Assembly: GCA_963924565.1 (NCBI GenBank)
Contig: OZ004614.1
Coordinates: forward strand, 21,762,001-21,826,000
Source of the DNA: Ascidiella aspersa
Lineage: Eukaryota
Direction: 5' to 3'
DNA length: 64,000 nucleotides
In this document: positions 1-13,102 of the stretch, in pieces
Numbering within the stretch: position 1 is the stretch's first letter
How the letters are laid out: each line of letters begins with the position of its first letter
Notes under the pieces: generated by a model
Database searches by the model: none
Seen by the model: only the letters and a program-made list of their open reading frames with translations
Told to the model about the DNA's origin: nothing
Translations under genes and position numbers: made by a program

Positions 1-168
1 TGGTTTAAGAACTAAAACGTGGAGTTCGTAATGTTTTACTGGTGTTTGGTGGTTTCTCATAGTTTGTATTTTGGTCTAACCTTAACTACAAAAACTTTAC
101 GCAAATATTTCGAAAACGATTTCACTGTTGGGTACAGTATGCACCGATCTGTAATGTAGCTTGATAAT

Positions 169-308
169 AAATTGCAAAGCCAAAAAGGTCGAGTAGATCG
201 ACAGCATCTTGCTTCTCAGTCACATTGACTGAAGATGATACAAGCTCGTATCGAAACGTCTTAATCAAGATGCTGTCGATTTACTCGACCCTTTTGGCTT
301 TGCAATTT
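169..308. mobile_element. Fold-back (inverted-repeat) element around a Penelope-type hammerhead
   Basis: 43-bp inverted arms 169-211 / 266-308 with 2 mismatches. They enclose a hammerhead motif plus a short inverted copy of its 5' part (TCAGTCA 216-222 / TGACTGA 226-232). Confidence 0.75.
224..265 (+). ncRNA. Minimal type-I hammerhead ribozyme (PLE-type)
   Basis: Stem I ATTGA(224-228)/TTAAT(261-265); core CTGAAGA(229-235) plus one extra T; stem II GATAC/GTATC with AAGCTC loop; GAAA(253-256); palindromic ACGT stem III; predicted GUC cleavage after 260. Confidence 0.7.
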
Positions 309-960
309 CACTCTTGTTAATTAAACTGTACATATTTAACCTTATATCTATTTTAGTGTGCAAAACTTTTACGTCTTCAAAAAGTGGGCCATACACTAAG
401 AGTAGGGGAAAGCGGGCCCAAACGGGCCCCCATCTGGTTAACGATAATTGACAGGGTTAATATTTGTTTGCTGAACACTCACTATCGTCGAAAAAACGTT
501 TATTGCAAAGAGTCGGGCGGATTCGATTTCGAGGATAGAAAATGTGTTTGGGGGATGTTGATAGTGATATAAGGATAATATAGTGAATATATATGTTGTC
601 TATTAAAGTTCTAGTAAAGGTGAAGTTACTTTTTGGCTAAATAATTTATAGATAAGGACCTGTTTATTAATTCGAAACAGTTGGACTCAGTTTTTCGAGA
701 ATTAAAATGAATCAGGGTTTCATGCGACGCATAGTGTTGGGGCAAAACGGCCGCTCCCGAGGTAGCCCATTATAACTATAGTGTAACTAAACTTTACTGT
801 TTGTTTTTTATCAGCTTTTCAGTAAAGCATTTTGGAACTAAAATAAAATTACTTAAATTTTAATTATTTAAGTTGAGATCAGTTTTGCAGAAAGGCTAGA
901 CAATAAGAATTTTTAACACAATCTCCTGTAAAATCGGTTGATTAATTCGTCTGCCTAAAG

Positions 961-1229
961 CAGGGATGTCCAACCTGCGGCCCGCCTGAAGTTTTTGTGC
1001 GGCCCGCTAGTCATTTTCACTCCCTAGTAGTATTTTAAATGTTCAATATTGGCCTATTAAAATGTACCAGTCAGCTTTTAGGGGCGCACTAATAGTATAG
1101 CATGGGTAAATATATATATATAACTCTAAAGGCCAATATTTAATCTTGAAACTTAATTTGTTCTGCGGCCCATTAAAATTATTTCAAGTGTCAATGCGGC
1201 CCACTATAATAAAATGTTGGACATCCCTG
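961..1229. mobile_element. hAT-type MITE
   Basis: Perfect 14-bp TIR CAGGGATGTCCAAC; perfect 8-bp TSD GCCTAAAG (953-960, 1230-1237); subterminal GCGGCCC repeats. Confidence 0.92.
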
Positions 1230-1497
1230 GCCTAAAGAGTTGGTAAGGATGTGAGAAATAAGGCAGTTTATGTACGGCTTTTTGATAACCATGTAACTTA
1301 TATATTGATGCCATGCGTCCTACAGTACATATTTATGACTTCACGTTGTGACAATATAGCTGGAAATTTGTACGCGCCACTTAAACAAAAATTCTTGATC
1401 CGTCATTTTCACGCAACGAATCAATTAAATTAGCTTTTATTAATGCAGTACGTTTTGCATTTCGTCCCGTGAAAAAATCGGTGAAAAATGTTTAAGG

Positions 1498-2000
1498 CAG
1501 TGGTTCTCAACCTTTTCGTACCAGTGGCCCCTTTTTGATGCCGTCAAAAAGTCGCGGACCCCTTACATTTTCTGGTGTAATATGTGCGTTTAGTTCTTTT
1601 TAATAGTTCTGTATATCTGCGTAGGGCACCGTATGTTGAGTAAAGAAACAGAAAACACCAGATTGCTTTATTATGACACGTTTATTTCAATATGATTTTT
1701 GCTTCTGCATCTACGAAGCAAGTCTTGAAATGCGTGGTTGTGTTCATCTTTGCGAACGATAGCATAAAGTTTAACCAAAATCCAGTACATGTGAACTGTT
1801 GTAATGCTGCCTTTATTTTACAATCTACTTGTGTTAGATCACAATCGAACTGTTACGACATACTCAATACGATTTACAACATGATGTGATTTCATCACTT
1901 ACCAAGAACGTGATTAAGCACATATTCCAGCTTTAATTCATTTAATAAAGATATATTTTGGTTTTTGCGGATCCCTGAAAACGTTTTGCGGACCTCCAGG
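1498..2000 (-). mobile_element. hAT (Charlie/Buster-like) deletion derivative retaining the transposase C-terminus
   Basis: Starts with TIR-like CAGTGGTTCTCAACC. Minus strand 1743-1687 reads TQPRISRLAS*MQKQKSY*, resembling Buster-type transposase C-termini. Right end degenerate and approximate. Confidence 0.55.
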
Positions 2001-3538
2001 CAGGTCTAGGGTATGCTTCTTTCAGTTGCTGTTTTTAACGTAGGAGTAGCTTTCAGTAAGACCTTTCGGTTGCTACCCTACGCATCAAAAAATAATGTGT
2101 TAAACTCAAAATATTTCTTCCTTAGGGGTTTGTTTTGCCCGGCTTCCCCTACCATGGCTATTTGAAATTAATTTTTTGATTAACTTTTAATAGACTAACG
2201 TTATTAATTACATCGCTTTACCAACATAAGAATAATCTCGAGCTTTCATGAGCATTTTGAATTTTATTGCCCAAAGGCAGAGATGTCTAAACTGTCAGAG
2301 ACCAATGGCCACATTTCTTGCTTTATTAACCCAAAAAGCGACACCCTTTACATGAAGATGGGGCAGAAATGAATACTAGCTCACTTGTGCAACGCTTCTA
2401 ACCATTATCTTACCTAGCTACGATTTATAGTTAACTTAACGAAATATCCGGCTTTGTCCAGGTTGAATAGGGTATTTACATATATACTTGTAACAATAAT
2501 ATGTAGCTTTTTGCAATAAAAGCGATAGTTTACGTTGCCAACATTTGTGCAATGCTCCGAATTTGCGTGGTTAAATATGTATGAAGCTATCAAGCTGATG
2601 ATTGTTGATCGCCATTGCATATTGTGGTGTACCGTTTCCAATGTGCCCACTAGAGACGACAAAGAATAACATAGTTATTAAATCTTGAACCAGAATACAG
2701 AGGCTACTTTAACAGCGAAATTGTGGTTCTCAACTTTTTAGCTTGCTGCCCACTCAAAATAAAAAAAAAATCGCAATGCACTTTTTACAAAACAGCTACA
2801 CAAACTTTACACCAAAGGGCATTCAGTAAATACCATAATAAAATTGGTTAGCCTATCTGAGTGATACTTAACACGCTAAAAACTATACATAACAGTAATA
2901 GCACAACTATAAATTACGGTGCTGTGCTTTGTAAAAGATGTATTCGGTTTCAGTTGACTGTTACCTTAGAAAAAATTTACCTATTAAGTACATTAACATA
3001 TTAGCACGCTCTCGATATGAGGGTCGTCTAATCCACAGCTAAAAAGAGTCCATACAGTGCTATAGGATTTGGACACAAATAAAAAACGAAATTACTACCG
3101 GTACATGCTCCTTTAGGCTGAAGATTCCCAAACTTTACTTTGTAGCACATGCAGTTTTGGACTTTAGTTTGGGAAAACTACTAGCGGTGCGGTGCAAACA
3201 TTTTTTTAAAAGTGTGGTGCGGACAGCAAACACAAATTTGCCATCTCTAGTTTGGGGGCTATGCTAAATAAATCATTGATCCTTTAATTATGTCTATCTG
3301 TTAGTTCACACTTGCAAAAATGTTTAACCTTACAAAAAAGGTCATCTTGGCGTTCACCCTTGCAATAAAAATGTCACCTTGGGGGTGAACCATTCACCAG
3401 TTTAGGAAATACTGCATTATTTAACAGATGGTGTGCATTCAATACTTTCACGCTTGTCGGCATGTCAAATTGTTATACGTGTAGTTGTTTTGTTAATATT
3501 ACAAAAAATATTCGCGGCACACTTGGAAATTTCTAGAG

Positions 3539-3948
3539 CAGCGCTTCGTAACCATCGCTCCATGGAACATAACCTGGTGAACCGCGTGAAAGTGCAAGAA
3601 ACATTAAAAAAAAACATTTTACATTGATGGGTTTCGAGCATGTCGTTAGCCCCTCTTTTCACTTTGGTGGACACAATTGTTGAATGTTCACACTCCTGGT
3701 AGTTGAGTCAGTTAAAAAACAACTTTGATATTTGATTTCCGGTGATAAAGGTAACATAGGATTTGAAAACGTTTTAAATATTATGGAAAGTCCATAAAGT
3801 GACACCTGGATTATTGCATGAGATCAAAATACTTGCCTTGATAAAATTTACATTTTTCGCGTTAATTCCATTGGTTTTTAAAACGTACCCTTTAAAAACT
3901 AACACACCCCCGGGAACGACGTCGAGGCACACCGGTTGCGGAGCACTC
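3539..3948. mobile_element. hAT-type MITE
   Basis: Degenerate 15-bp TIRs (11/15 match); perfect 8-bp TSD TTCTAGAG (3531-3538, 3949-3956), matching the NTCTAGAN Charlie/Buster target. Confidence 0.75.
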
Positions 3949-6835
3949 TTCTAGAGGCACAGTTCGGGTACCATCTGTCATGTAAACTGCATGGCTACGA
4001 GAAAAAATCAACGTTTTAACATTTTTCTAACGCGTTTTACAATACCACAAATCAACGTGGCAACAATTAAGTGTTACTTCCTACCAAATAATATACCCAG
4101 TAAACATCAAATATATTATGTGGCATATAGCAAACCATATAACCTACATAACAATGTGAAAATTGTCCTATAAGTACAAATAAAAAATACTATAAATCAT
4201 TTTCTCTTATTCTATTTAGGCAAAACAATGATACCATATTTAGTATGGCAGTACCACTGGTAAAGGTAGAATTTCATGATTTTTTAGGGCCAGAGAATAT
4301 GTCACGAAATTAGGCTTAAGAATAGCGAACATAATGTTAAGCATAGTGCTTTACGTAATTCTATTTGTGGAGCTATTAATATGTGCGCAAATGACGATTT
4401 AATCGCTTTCTACAAACAAACAATGCTGGACGCGGCATACCAGTAAAGGCCCAGAGGCAGAATAACAACCAAGCGACTGTGGGCTTGATGCTTTGGGTAA
4501 GTTTGGCAACATACTTTAACCTTAATCGCTTCGCAGTAACCTTAGTATGGTCATAAACCGATTACGAAACAATGGTGACACTTGTCGTTCAATGTTCGAC
4601 AACGTGACATTTTCTGACCTACTTTTGGTGTATTCCTGTTGGGTTATAACAAACGTGCTCAACACAAAAATTTATAGCTTGTGTAACAGGGAGTCGAACC
4701 GAGCCCGAACTCAAACCGGAACTTCATGAACCGGTTTAGAGCCAATTCTTTCCGAAATGTAATCATATCTGTAGCCTACCGTTTTTTTGTAAGATTTTAA
4801 CAAGCCGAACCAGAACGCCAAGCATGACGTTACAACTTGTATTTTACAGAGTCAAGTCATGCCATGTTTGAAGTTGGATAAAAAATTAATATATCATTAA
4901 GAAAAGTTACTTTTTTTAGATTTTAAGTAACGATAGGAGCTATTGTAAATTACTGATATAATCTTGATGCCACAAGCATGCACTAAGGTAAATGTAATCC
5001 AGTTCTGGAACTTTCCAGCATTCGTGTTCTCGTTACGCAATCACAACGCAACGACAGTTAATCGATTGAAACGCACAGGATTGACAACTACAGCCTAAAG
5101 TTCTGGTGCTCTTAGGTCCACATGAGAGTCCAATGATTGGGGCCGGCGCTTTGTTAATAACAACCAAAACAAACACGTGATTAAGCCAGTGCCCTTCAGG
5201 GAGATGTGATTAGATGAGAGGCACCTGTCGCCTTTTCCACTTGCTGCGCGTCACAGCCGACCTATAATTAAATATAAAGCTCCCCGCGCACCTGGAGCCT
5301 TCGCTCGCAATAAATGCGATTACGTCAGGCTGAGCTAGTGATCTTAAACGAGTAAAAACAGCACAGCAGCGTTGAGAGTGCCAGCCACTAGCAATAATGT
5401 AATCCCAAGTGACCTTGCTCTTAATCGCTTTGGCACAACAGCTATTGCGTAGAAACACAATAGTTTACTGCATATTTTTTTACAAGAGGCAAATGTTTAA
5501 ATTGTATTCAGCGTTTAGAGCTTTAATATACGCTAAATCAGTTTTATAATGTCAGTCTTGTGCCGTTATAATTAAAGCAGTCGCCTTAAAACCCATATAA
5601 ACAATTCGTTCACACCCTTTAATACAGAATAGTTCGCAATTGTTAGGTTTATTATGACGTCAAACAAAAGTGTGCTGATTGTTTTTTACAAAACTCTGTG
5701 TTCAGTGCACAGGACCAACTGGGCCACAGCCAATTACACACTTTTCCCATTATAAATGAATATGCTAGATTCTAAATACAAACGCTAAAACAAACTAATA
5801 GAGGACAAAGGGTGTTTGTTTATGTTCTCTAAACAAGAACACACCTAATCGTTTTCCAATCCAACATATTAATAACATATTATAAGAATTAAAACACTTC
5901 ATTTTAAGGTTAATGAAACACTGTTAAATAAATAAGTTTTGGCCGTTTCCCTTGCCTTGCTGGTAGTGCTGATTGCACAACACGGATGTCGCAAATTTAA
6001 TGACAAGTTATTTAAGCCTACACCTGATCTGACAACTTTACATAAATTCAAGGCGGGTTAAAATCTCACTTATTCTGCCTTGAAGTTAACCAGCAGATAG
6101 ATATATTAATGAAGGACGGTGTACGGCTTGAACTAGCCATACTACTTGCATTTATTAATAATATTGGACAATAAAGGTGTTTTTACTTAGGCGTGGATGG
6201 TGGAGAGAATTACGAAATTCGAGTTCGATATCACTATAAATAACTTTAAACAACTAAGCATCGCATACAGTGATTATTTTACACATTGTGTATAGCATGT
6301 CTGTTTGAAAAAACGTTGTTTTACGCTTTAATGAATTTTTTGCTCCGCGTATAGAAATCCTAAACAGTAACCATTCTACAATAGCAGGCCAGTAGAACAG
6401 CAACAGTCGACCGCTTGTTTGAAACTCGAAGAAAGGAGATTTTAACCCGGCTTAAAGCCAACCTAATTTGCCGGATCGACTGTTATTTTTAGTTTTTGTG
6501 AGATCAGCTATCGCAAGTCACAGCTAGGAATTATTATTATTATTGTCTATCGCACCAAACAACAGGCACGGCGTGTTGCCAGATACGTAATGAAACTGCG
6601 CGTTGCGCGACAAAATTGGCTTAATTGCCTGTCGTGACTAGAATAGCTGGATGATTAAGACAAATTAAACAAAAATGAACTTATTTATAGACGGAGAATA
6701 GTACTTCTTGTCGGTTAATAAGTGACTGTTATGTATTTTGGAACTTTCTAATTACAACTTTTCTAATAGGTTTTTCTTGATGTAGTTTTTAAGTTGTTTC
6801 GTCACCAAGAGTGAACAATATTCAACAGCGACAAA

Positions 6836-6841
6836 TTTATT
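6836..6841 (-). terminator. Candidate polyadenylation signal of the DUSP gene (~1.6-kb 3' UTR)
   Basis: AATAAA on the minus strand downstream of the stop at 8413; another candidate lies near 6930. Not verifiable without transcripts. Confidence 0.3.
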
Positions 6842-7034
6842 GTTTCAGTTCGTTTCATTTAACTGGTAGTATAACACAAAAAAGTCTACGACAGAAAGTA
6901 TCATACGAGGTTTCTTTTGCAGGTTTTTTTTTATTCCATAATGTTCCTCAAATATACAACCTCAGATAAAACAACGCAGGCGCGCCAGATTCTTTTGCAA
7001 ACGCACACACGTGTACCGCAGGTACACTCGCACG

Positions 7035-7085
7035 ACAACAACAACAACAACAATACGCACAAGCACAAAAACACAACAACAACAG
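7035..7085. repeat. Imperfect (CAA)n microsatellite in the putative DUSP 3' UTR
   Basis: Runs of ACAACAACAACAAC visible. Confidence 0.7.
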
Positions 7086-8412
7086 CATTTACATCCCGTA
7101 CACTTGCACGCACTCAAACAACAAGAACGTAAAGAAGCTTTTTTTAAAGAACGCCCCGCAAAAAGTGCCAGTTAGGAAAAAGGAAAACGAAAATAAGAAA
7201 TACGAAAACAAAAAAGCGATTTAAATTCAGTTTTGACGATCGAGTACCGATGTTACGACAAAATACTCAACTGCCTTCCTGTTTATGGCCAATGTGAAAG
7301 AGGTCGGAGGAAGCAAAAGTGTTAAACTGGATTTTCTACGATCCACAACGCTAGTTGTTTTTGTCGGGAAGCCACAGCCATGTTGTGGCTCTGAATGATT
7401 TCTAATTCTACTAAGTAACTGTAATTTAGCGTGATCGTGGGCGCCAGCAATAGCTTTGACGCACAACCGGACTAGCTCTCGTTTTAGCCCGCCGGCAGCT
7501 GCCGTTGTCTCTCCGTTTGTGACGTAACAGTACGACGGATTCGGGCGTCGATTGTTGCGTCATCGACGCAAAACGTCGGCACAAAAGCTACAACAGTAGA
7601 ACAACAACAATATAGCTATAACAACTTTAGAATATCAACTGGGAGAACGGGTGACGGCAAAGTACATTGCACGGGTCTTGCTTATTGTTACAAAAACGCT
7701 TTTCAGCTTTTTGCATGTTAGTAGGTAAATCAAGTGTGTGTTAATGATTTTTTGACCTTGTCGTACCGATTGCGTCCAAACAAATTAAGCGAAACTTCAC
7801 CGAAAAACAGTTTTGCGTTTGTTTCCAAGTAAAAAAAGAACGTAATTTTTTTCGGCGACAGGAGACGTAAACCGATACCAAAAAAAGAACAAATTTACAA
7901 AACGATTAGTTTCGTTCTGCTTTGCACTGATTTTACTGCGTTCGCTTGCAGCGCGTCAGAATGTGAGATTTGCGCGCGGTCCGAAGAACGACGTTTCGAT
8001 AAAAGCACCAAGATCGATGAAAACTTTTGGACTCTTTGCATAGTTCGCTGTTTGTTTTGTTACGAGTGATCACATCGCTACTGTGGTTCAACCCAAACCG
8101 AGCTCACGTGCTTGTTTGCAAGGTTGTACAGCAATGCGGATAATATAGTGGGTAAAATAGGATATAATACTGTCTCTTGGGTAGCGGTGACCGCCATCTC
8201 CCAATATTAAGTTGCGAACAAATTTCGTCTTCCGGTGATTTAGGCGACAATTAAAAACGTAACGTTGCCGCACTAGGGTAGTTTTGTACGCGCGACAATT
8301 GCCTACATATGGACACAAGAAGCGGATAGGTAAAAATGCGCGCCTGAATTTGGCGCGCGTGTGTGTGTGAGTTCGAATTCGATTGAAAAAAAGTGTTTCG
8401 CCTGGTCATTTT

Positions 8413-9910
8413 TTACGAGCAGCTGATCATCTCAACGTTGTTGCAATGACCCAAGACGACGGGTGACGCCGGGGCTTGTGACGAATTGGCGCCGGAAACG
8501 GTCGACGGATTCGCCGCGTCGTCACCTTTTGGGGCTCGATGTCGCGAGCGCCAGCGCGGCTTAAGTTCAGAGCTGGACACCAGCTGGAACGGTTCGCCGG
8601 TTCCGTTGGCGCAAATGTTCTTGGACGTCGACGCAGCGGATGACGAAGCCTTGTCGACAGTTGACGGAAGGCATCCGACCCCGACCACTTTAAGAGGATC
8701 ATCTTTGATGCTGACCGGCGACGAGAGAGTAAGAGAGGAGATGCCGTCGGCGTTGGGACTGGCGCAGGACGACATCGCGAGCACGGAGGTGTCAGAGTTG
8801 GAGCGCGGGAGCTGCTGGTTATCCTGGCTCCGCGAGCGATTTAGCGTCAGGCTCTGGTGACTGGTCGAGTGGTGCTTGGAGAGGAAGGCCTGGTAACCGT
8901 AGACGGGCCGCACGTTGAGGTTGAGGAAGGACTTCTTGAGCACCTTGGGGCTGCGCGTTTTGCGCGACATAAAGGCGTCGGTGTGCGGCGACTTTGGCGA
9001 AGCGTAGTCGGCGTGTTGGTCGCGCGAGGCCAGGCAAAAGGCGGCGCTAGGGTCGGTCATGCTGCGGAATCGCGGCGACGGTGGTGAGGCGTCGTCCACT
9101 TGCATCTCGACGTCGCTGTTGCCCTGAGCGCCCGACAGGTGTCCAAGGCGCAGAGAGGCGGGCGTGTTGGGCGCCGTGAAGGAGCGCTGGTAATCCGGGA
9201 GGCGCGTGCGCCGCGGGAGCCTGGATGCGCAAGATGAGGATGAAGTGCCGTGCTTGGCGTGGAACATCTGGTAGAGCTCGGCGCTGTCCAGACCAAGGCC
9301 GCCGCGGCAGCGAGGAAGACTGTTCGACTTGTGCGCGTCGCTCTTGTACGAGGGAACGGAGTCGAACTGGCGGCGGGGAGGAGAGGCGTCCTCATCTCGC
9401 TCGTCTTCCCGTCCATCACTTCCTAGTCGTCGCGAGTGCGGCTCCGGGGCTGAGGCCGACACGCGGAGGTCTAGGATCACGCCGGCGCCGCCCGGGGTGC
9501 CCTGGCCGGCCGGAAATATATGCCGGTCTAGGTTAACAGGATTGGCGGAAGCGGCGGAGCGTCCGCTACAATCGGAGGTGTGCGGGCCTTGCAGCTGGAG
9601 CACAGTTGACGACTTGAAGGCGCTCTTGTCAAGCGAAGGGCCCTTGCGTCGCCGACAGAATGACGACAGCGCCACCTTGGTTTGCTCATGAGTCGGCTGC
9701 TGCTGCTTGCTCGCAGGGGGGACCACCTCGATTCGAGGCATGGGTACCACGGCCTGGGGCCTTGGGGGAGCTGGGTCCTTGCGTTGGGTGGCCGGGAGCG
9801 GGGGCGAGTTCTTAAGGTGGCCCTTCTGTCGGAGGCTGGCCTCGAATTCCATGAGCTGGCCGAGAAAGTTGAAGTTGGGCGAGATCGTGGGACGCTTCTC
9901 CTTTACGAAT
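8413..9910 (-). CDS. DUSP16: Dual-specificity MAPK phosphatase DUSP8/16-like, last coding exon (end of catalytic domain plus long Ser/Pro-rich tail)
   Basis: Acceptor ttctgtgcag| at 9912-9911. Reads RFVKEKRPTISPNFNFLGQL as in DUSP8/16; tail motif LKKSFLNLNV (cf. LKRSFSLDI); C-terminus VEMISCS (cf. MEIIEVS/VEVIEVS); TAA stop at 8413. Confidence 0.93.
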
Positions 9911-12098
9911 CTGCACAGAAGGCGATTTTCAGTTATGGGACATAGTACAAAATATGGTCTGCGCGTAAACAATTCTCGCTACAATAGTGGTGACACTAGT
10001 TGCCACACGCGTAAGCAGTTTCCCTTTGTGTTCGCCGAACAAACGCAAAACCCGGTTGGTGAATGACATAGTGTTGACGACTAAACGTCAGAGTGGAAAT
10101 ACCGTCGGGCCCAGTTCGAAGCTGGCAGCTCGGGAGCGGAATTGTTGTTTTCGCAAAATCGCGCGCCACAGGAGGCCCTACACTACAGTGCCGCGGGTGC
10201 AAGCCCAAGTCGTGCAGAAATCTCGTAAGCGCGCAGGAGAAGGCGGGAGAAGGGAGCGAGAGGAGTGGGAGGAATGACGTAATCGCTTTTGGGGCGAGCG
10301 CCGCGAATAGATTGTAAGCGTTCTTTGGATTCCGCGTCGGTCGCGCACCCGAGACAATTAAAGCTTGACGACAGTAAAATCCATCTGTGACGCGCGCCGC
10401 TTACATGAGCCCAGAGGCCACGTCCTTCGCGTTTGTGTGCGACCCCGGGCCTGTTTGAATAGGCGCGTCGTTTATTTTTCAATTGTTGTGCCTCGGCCGA
10501 ACCCCACTCAGCTACCAACGCGGGTCGATTCCCATTTACGCCCTGCTCTTGCTTTCTCTTATCTCTCCGCGGAGAAGAGAAGAGAACTTCCCACTCTTGC
10601 TCCAAAGACGAGGAGCGCACTCGAGAAGAATGCCAAGAGTGGGAAAGCACAAAGGGCGCTGCTGGGACGACGGTTGTGAACGTTCAATTCCCCTTAATTT
10701 GGCGGCCGAAATAAAATCTCCTTGGTTTCGAAGCCTCGCATTTTCCCCGGGAATTTGAATTTAAAAATCCAGGGGACCGGTGAAACCCGCCAGGTCCGCC
10801 CGCGGATTTCCTCCCAATTAAACCGACCTGAGGTTGGATGAAAATTTTCCAAAAAATTGATAAAAAAATGCGCTCGGGTTTCCGTCTTGCGCAAAGCCAG
10901 CGATCCCGGGTTGTTCAGTTCGATTCACCGCCGATCGATTTTCGCCGCGATATTGATCTCTTTCGACCGGTGCACAATCGAACCGAGGATTCTTAAATCT
11001 CGGCGCTTCGTGAGCGGTTTAGAAAACTAGGGAGGCGCCAGAAGCGCGACCAAGGCCCCTGGGAATTCGAAACTCGAATTTGTGGAGCGTCGGGAAATTC
11101 CCAGCGGGGCCCGAGCGGCCCGTCAACGTCACAAACGCTTCCATTAAGCGCCAATTTTGACCGTGAAATTCCTTCTGGATGTCAACGGGAGCAGCGCGAA
11201 ATTCCATTACAGGCTCCCGCGCGAAATGACGAACGGCGGTCGCTGATTTTTTTCGACAAGATTTTCGCTCGTCCCTGTCGCTTCTATAGGGAAGTATCGG
11301 TCGAAATGATGTCGTGATAATGCGTTGCGCCACTCCGGATGGTCGCGGTATAGTAATAATGCCCCCCTCCAACGCGTAGTGGTCGCATTTCATTCACCCG
11401 TGCATTACGTAATGAAGTAGGGCGAATCGATAAGTCCTCGAGAGTTACTGTGCGGCCCGTCGGCCATTTTGTTGCGACTCGTATGCAAAGCTTGACAAAG
11501 GAAGTTTTTTTTTGAGTTCGAAGGAAATACTTCGGTCCGCTTTCGGCGAAGCTGTCTCTCGGACGGACGCGGCATTTCATGCAAAAGCCTTGCCGACCTA
11601 TACCATTCTAGGAACTCGAGGCTTGCGACGTTTTTAAAAATTCGAGCAACACCGGTCATTTAAACGCGTTTTAAAGTGGAGCAAAAAATCTAGGTACAAT
11701 CTGGCTAAATTTGGTTTTCTTCGTGCAAGAGTGAGAAACAGCATATGACACAATCACACACATAGTCTATTGGGATGTTTAAACAATTCGGATGGCGTGG
11801 AATGAATATGCCAGTAAAGAAGAAGGTAGCATGTTGCGAATATCTCGAATAAATATTTATTTGTTTATTTGAACCATCAACTTTCTTCGTCAAGTTATGA
11901 ATAAACAAAGAACTAGTCGAGATGTTCATTAAATACTACTGTATGGGCTTTGGTATTCTTAAGTTTAACTGCAATCTCTAGAAACTACGCTTTAAAATTC
12001 GAATAAAACTTTAAGAAATAATTTTCAGGATATTTTTTTTTTAAAGTTTAACATTGCTGTTTTACAACTTTAATAAATAAAAGACAAGCGGCCTTTAC

Positions 12099-12222
12099 CT
12101 GTAAGCGTCGTCGAATCCCAGCCGAAGGTAGTACATTACGTAAGCGATGGCGACAGTGGCTGACCGGGATACTCCGGCCAAGCAATGAACTAGCACTCGT
12201 TCGTTGCCTTTACGCGCCGATT
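12099..12222 (-). CDS. DUSP16: DUSP8/16-like exon with active-site motif
   Basis: 124-nt AG..GT exon, phase 1/2, encoding [21 protein letters not shown] (HCxxGxSRS). Confidence 0.95.
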
Positions 12223-13102
12223 CTGGAAAAAAGAAACAAGCACAATGGTTAAAACAACAGTAGAAGGACAAACTAAACCACAAGAGTGCTGCTTGTTTTC
12301 AGCAGTCGGTCGACCAATCGTTTTTTGCGTTTACAATAAAAGTTGTTCATCGACCGAACAACAGGCTCTAATTGCAAGTTATATTCAATAGCTTGAGCCG
12401 TTCAAATTCTAGAGTGCAAAACTTATTGCGGGGCCAATCAAAATCTGCACTACCTAATTTATTTTTTATACATTTATTTCAAAAAGGTGCACCTTAAATA
12501 AACGCTTTATAAAGAAATACACAGTGCCAAATCTCCACTGCCTCAACATTTTAATGTTAAATTGTTTTATATAGTTAAACACCTAAAAAAAACACTAGGC
12601 GTGGCCACTTTAACTAACTAAATTCCCTTTTCAATCATTAGCAGCTGGGTGACTAGTGTTTCTCGACCGACGCGAGCCAAAAATAGGATGACCTACTGCA
12701 TTAGTTTTTTATGCTTAGATATATTGAGATCTTTTGAACACTATATACGGATCTGTTCATTGAGTTTAATGGTGAAAATAACGGCTGTTTGGGCATATTG
12801 AGATTTGTTCTCGGCAAGAATTTTTCAATACTTGTAAAATCGAAGAAGTAATACTGAAGTACATGGCTCTTATTAATTAAATTTTTATTTGTGCGAATGT
12901 CTACTATCATTCGTTCCAGTGAAACAGAAGCTTAGTGTTTGGGTCGCCACGAAAGTTCGTGAAACAAAGATGGACAGCACCTCGCATTTTTCCACGTAAA
13001 GATTACACAGGTCGAAAAAATATATTTCGCTCGGTAAAATTTCCGATTTTCGGACGCAGAATACGCGAACAAAAAAGCAGTGCACGTCTCGACTTGACCC
13101 AC

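Larger units (their letters stand above)
403..2151. mobile_element. Non-autonomous TIR DNA transposon (Tc1/mariner/pogo-like, probable TA TSD) hosting nested MITEs
   Basis: Termini GTAGGGGAAAGCGGGC (402-417) and reverse complement GTAGGGGAAGCCGGGC (2137-2152); TA on both sides; no transposase ORF. Confidence 0.5.

Noticed and set aside
8427-10066. Many overlapping and antisense ORFs over the last DUSP exon
   Set aside because: Expected by-products of a GC-rich coding exon; no domain similarity. The ORF-track start at 9972 lies in the intron.
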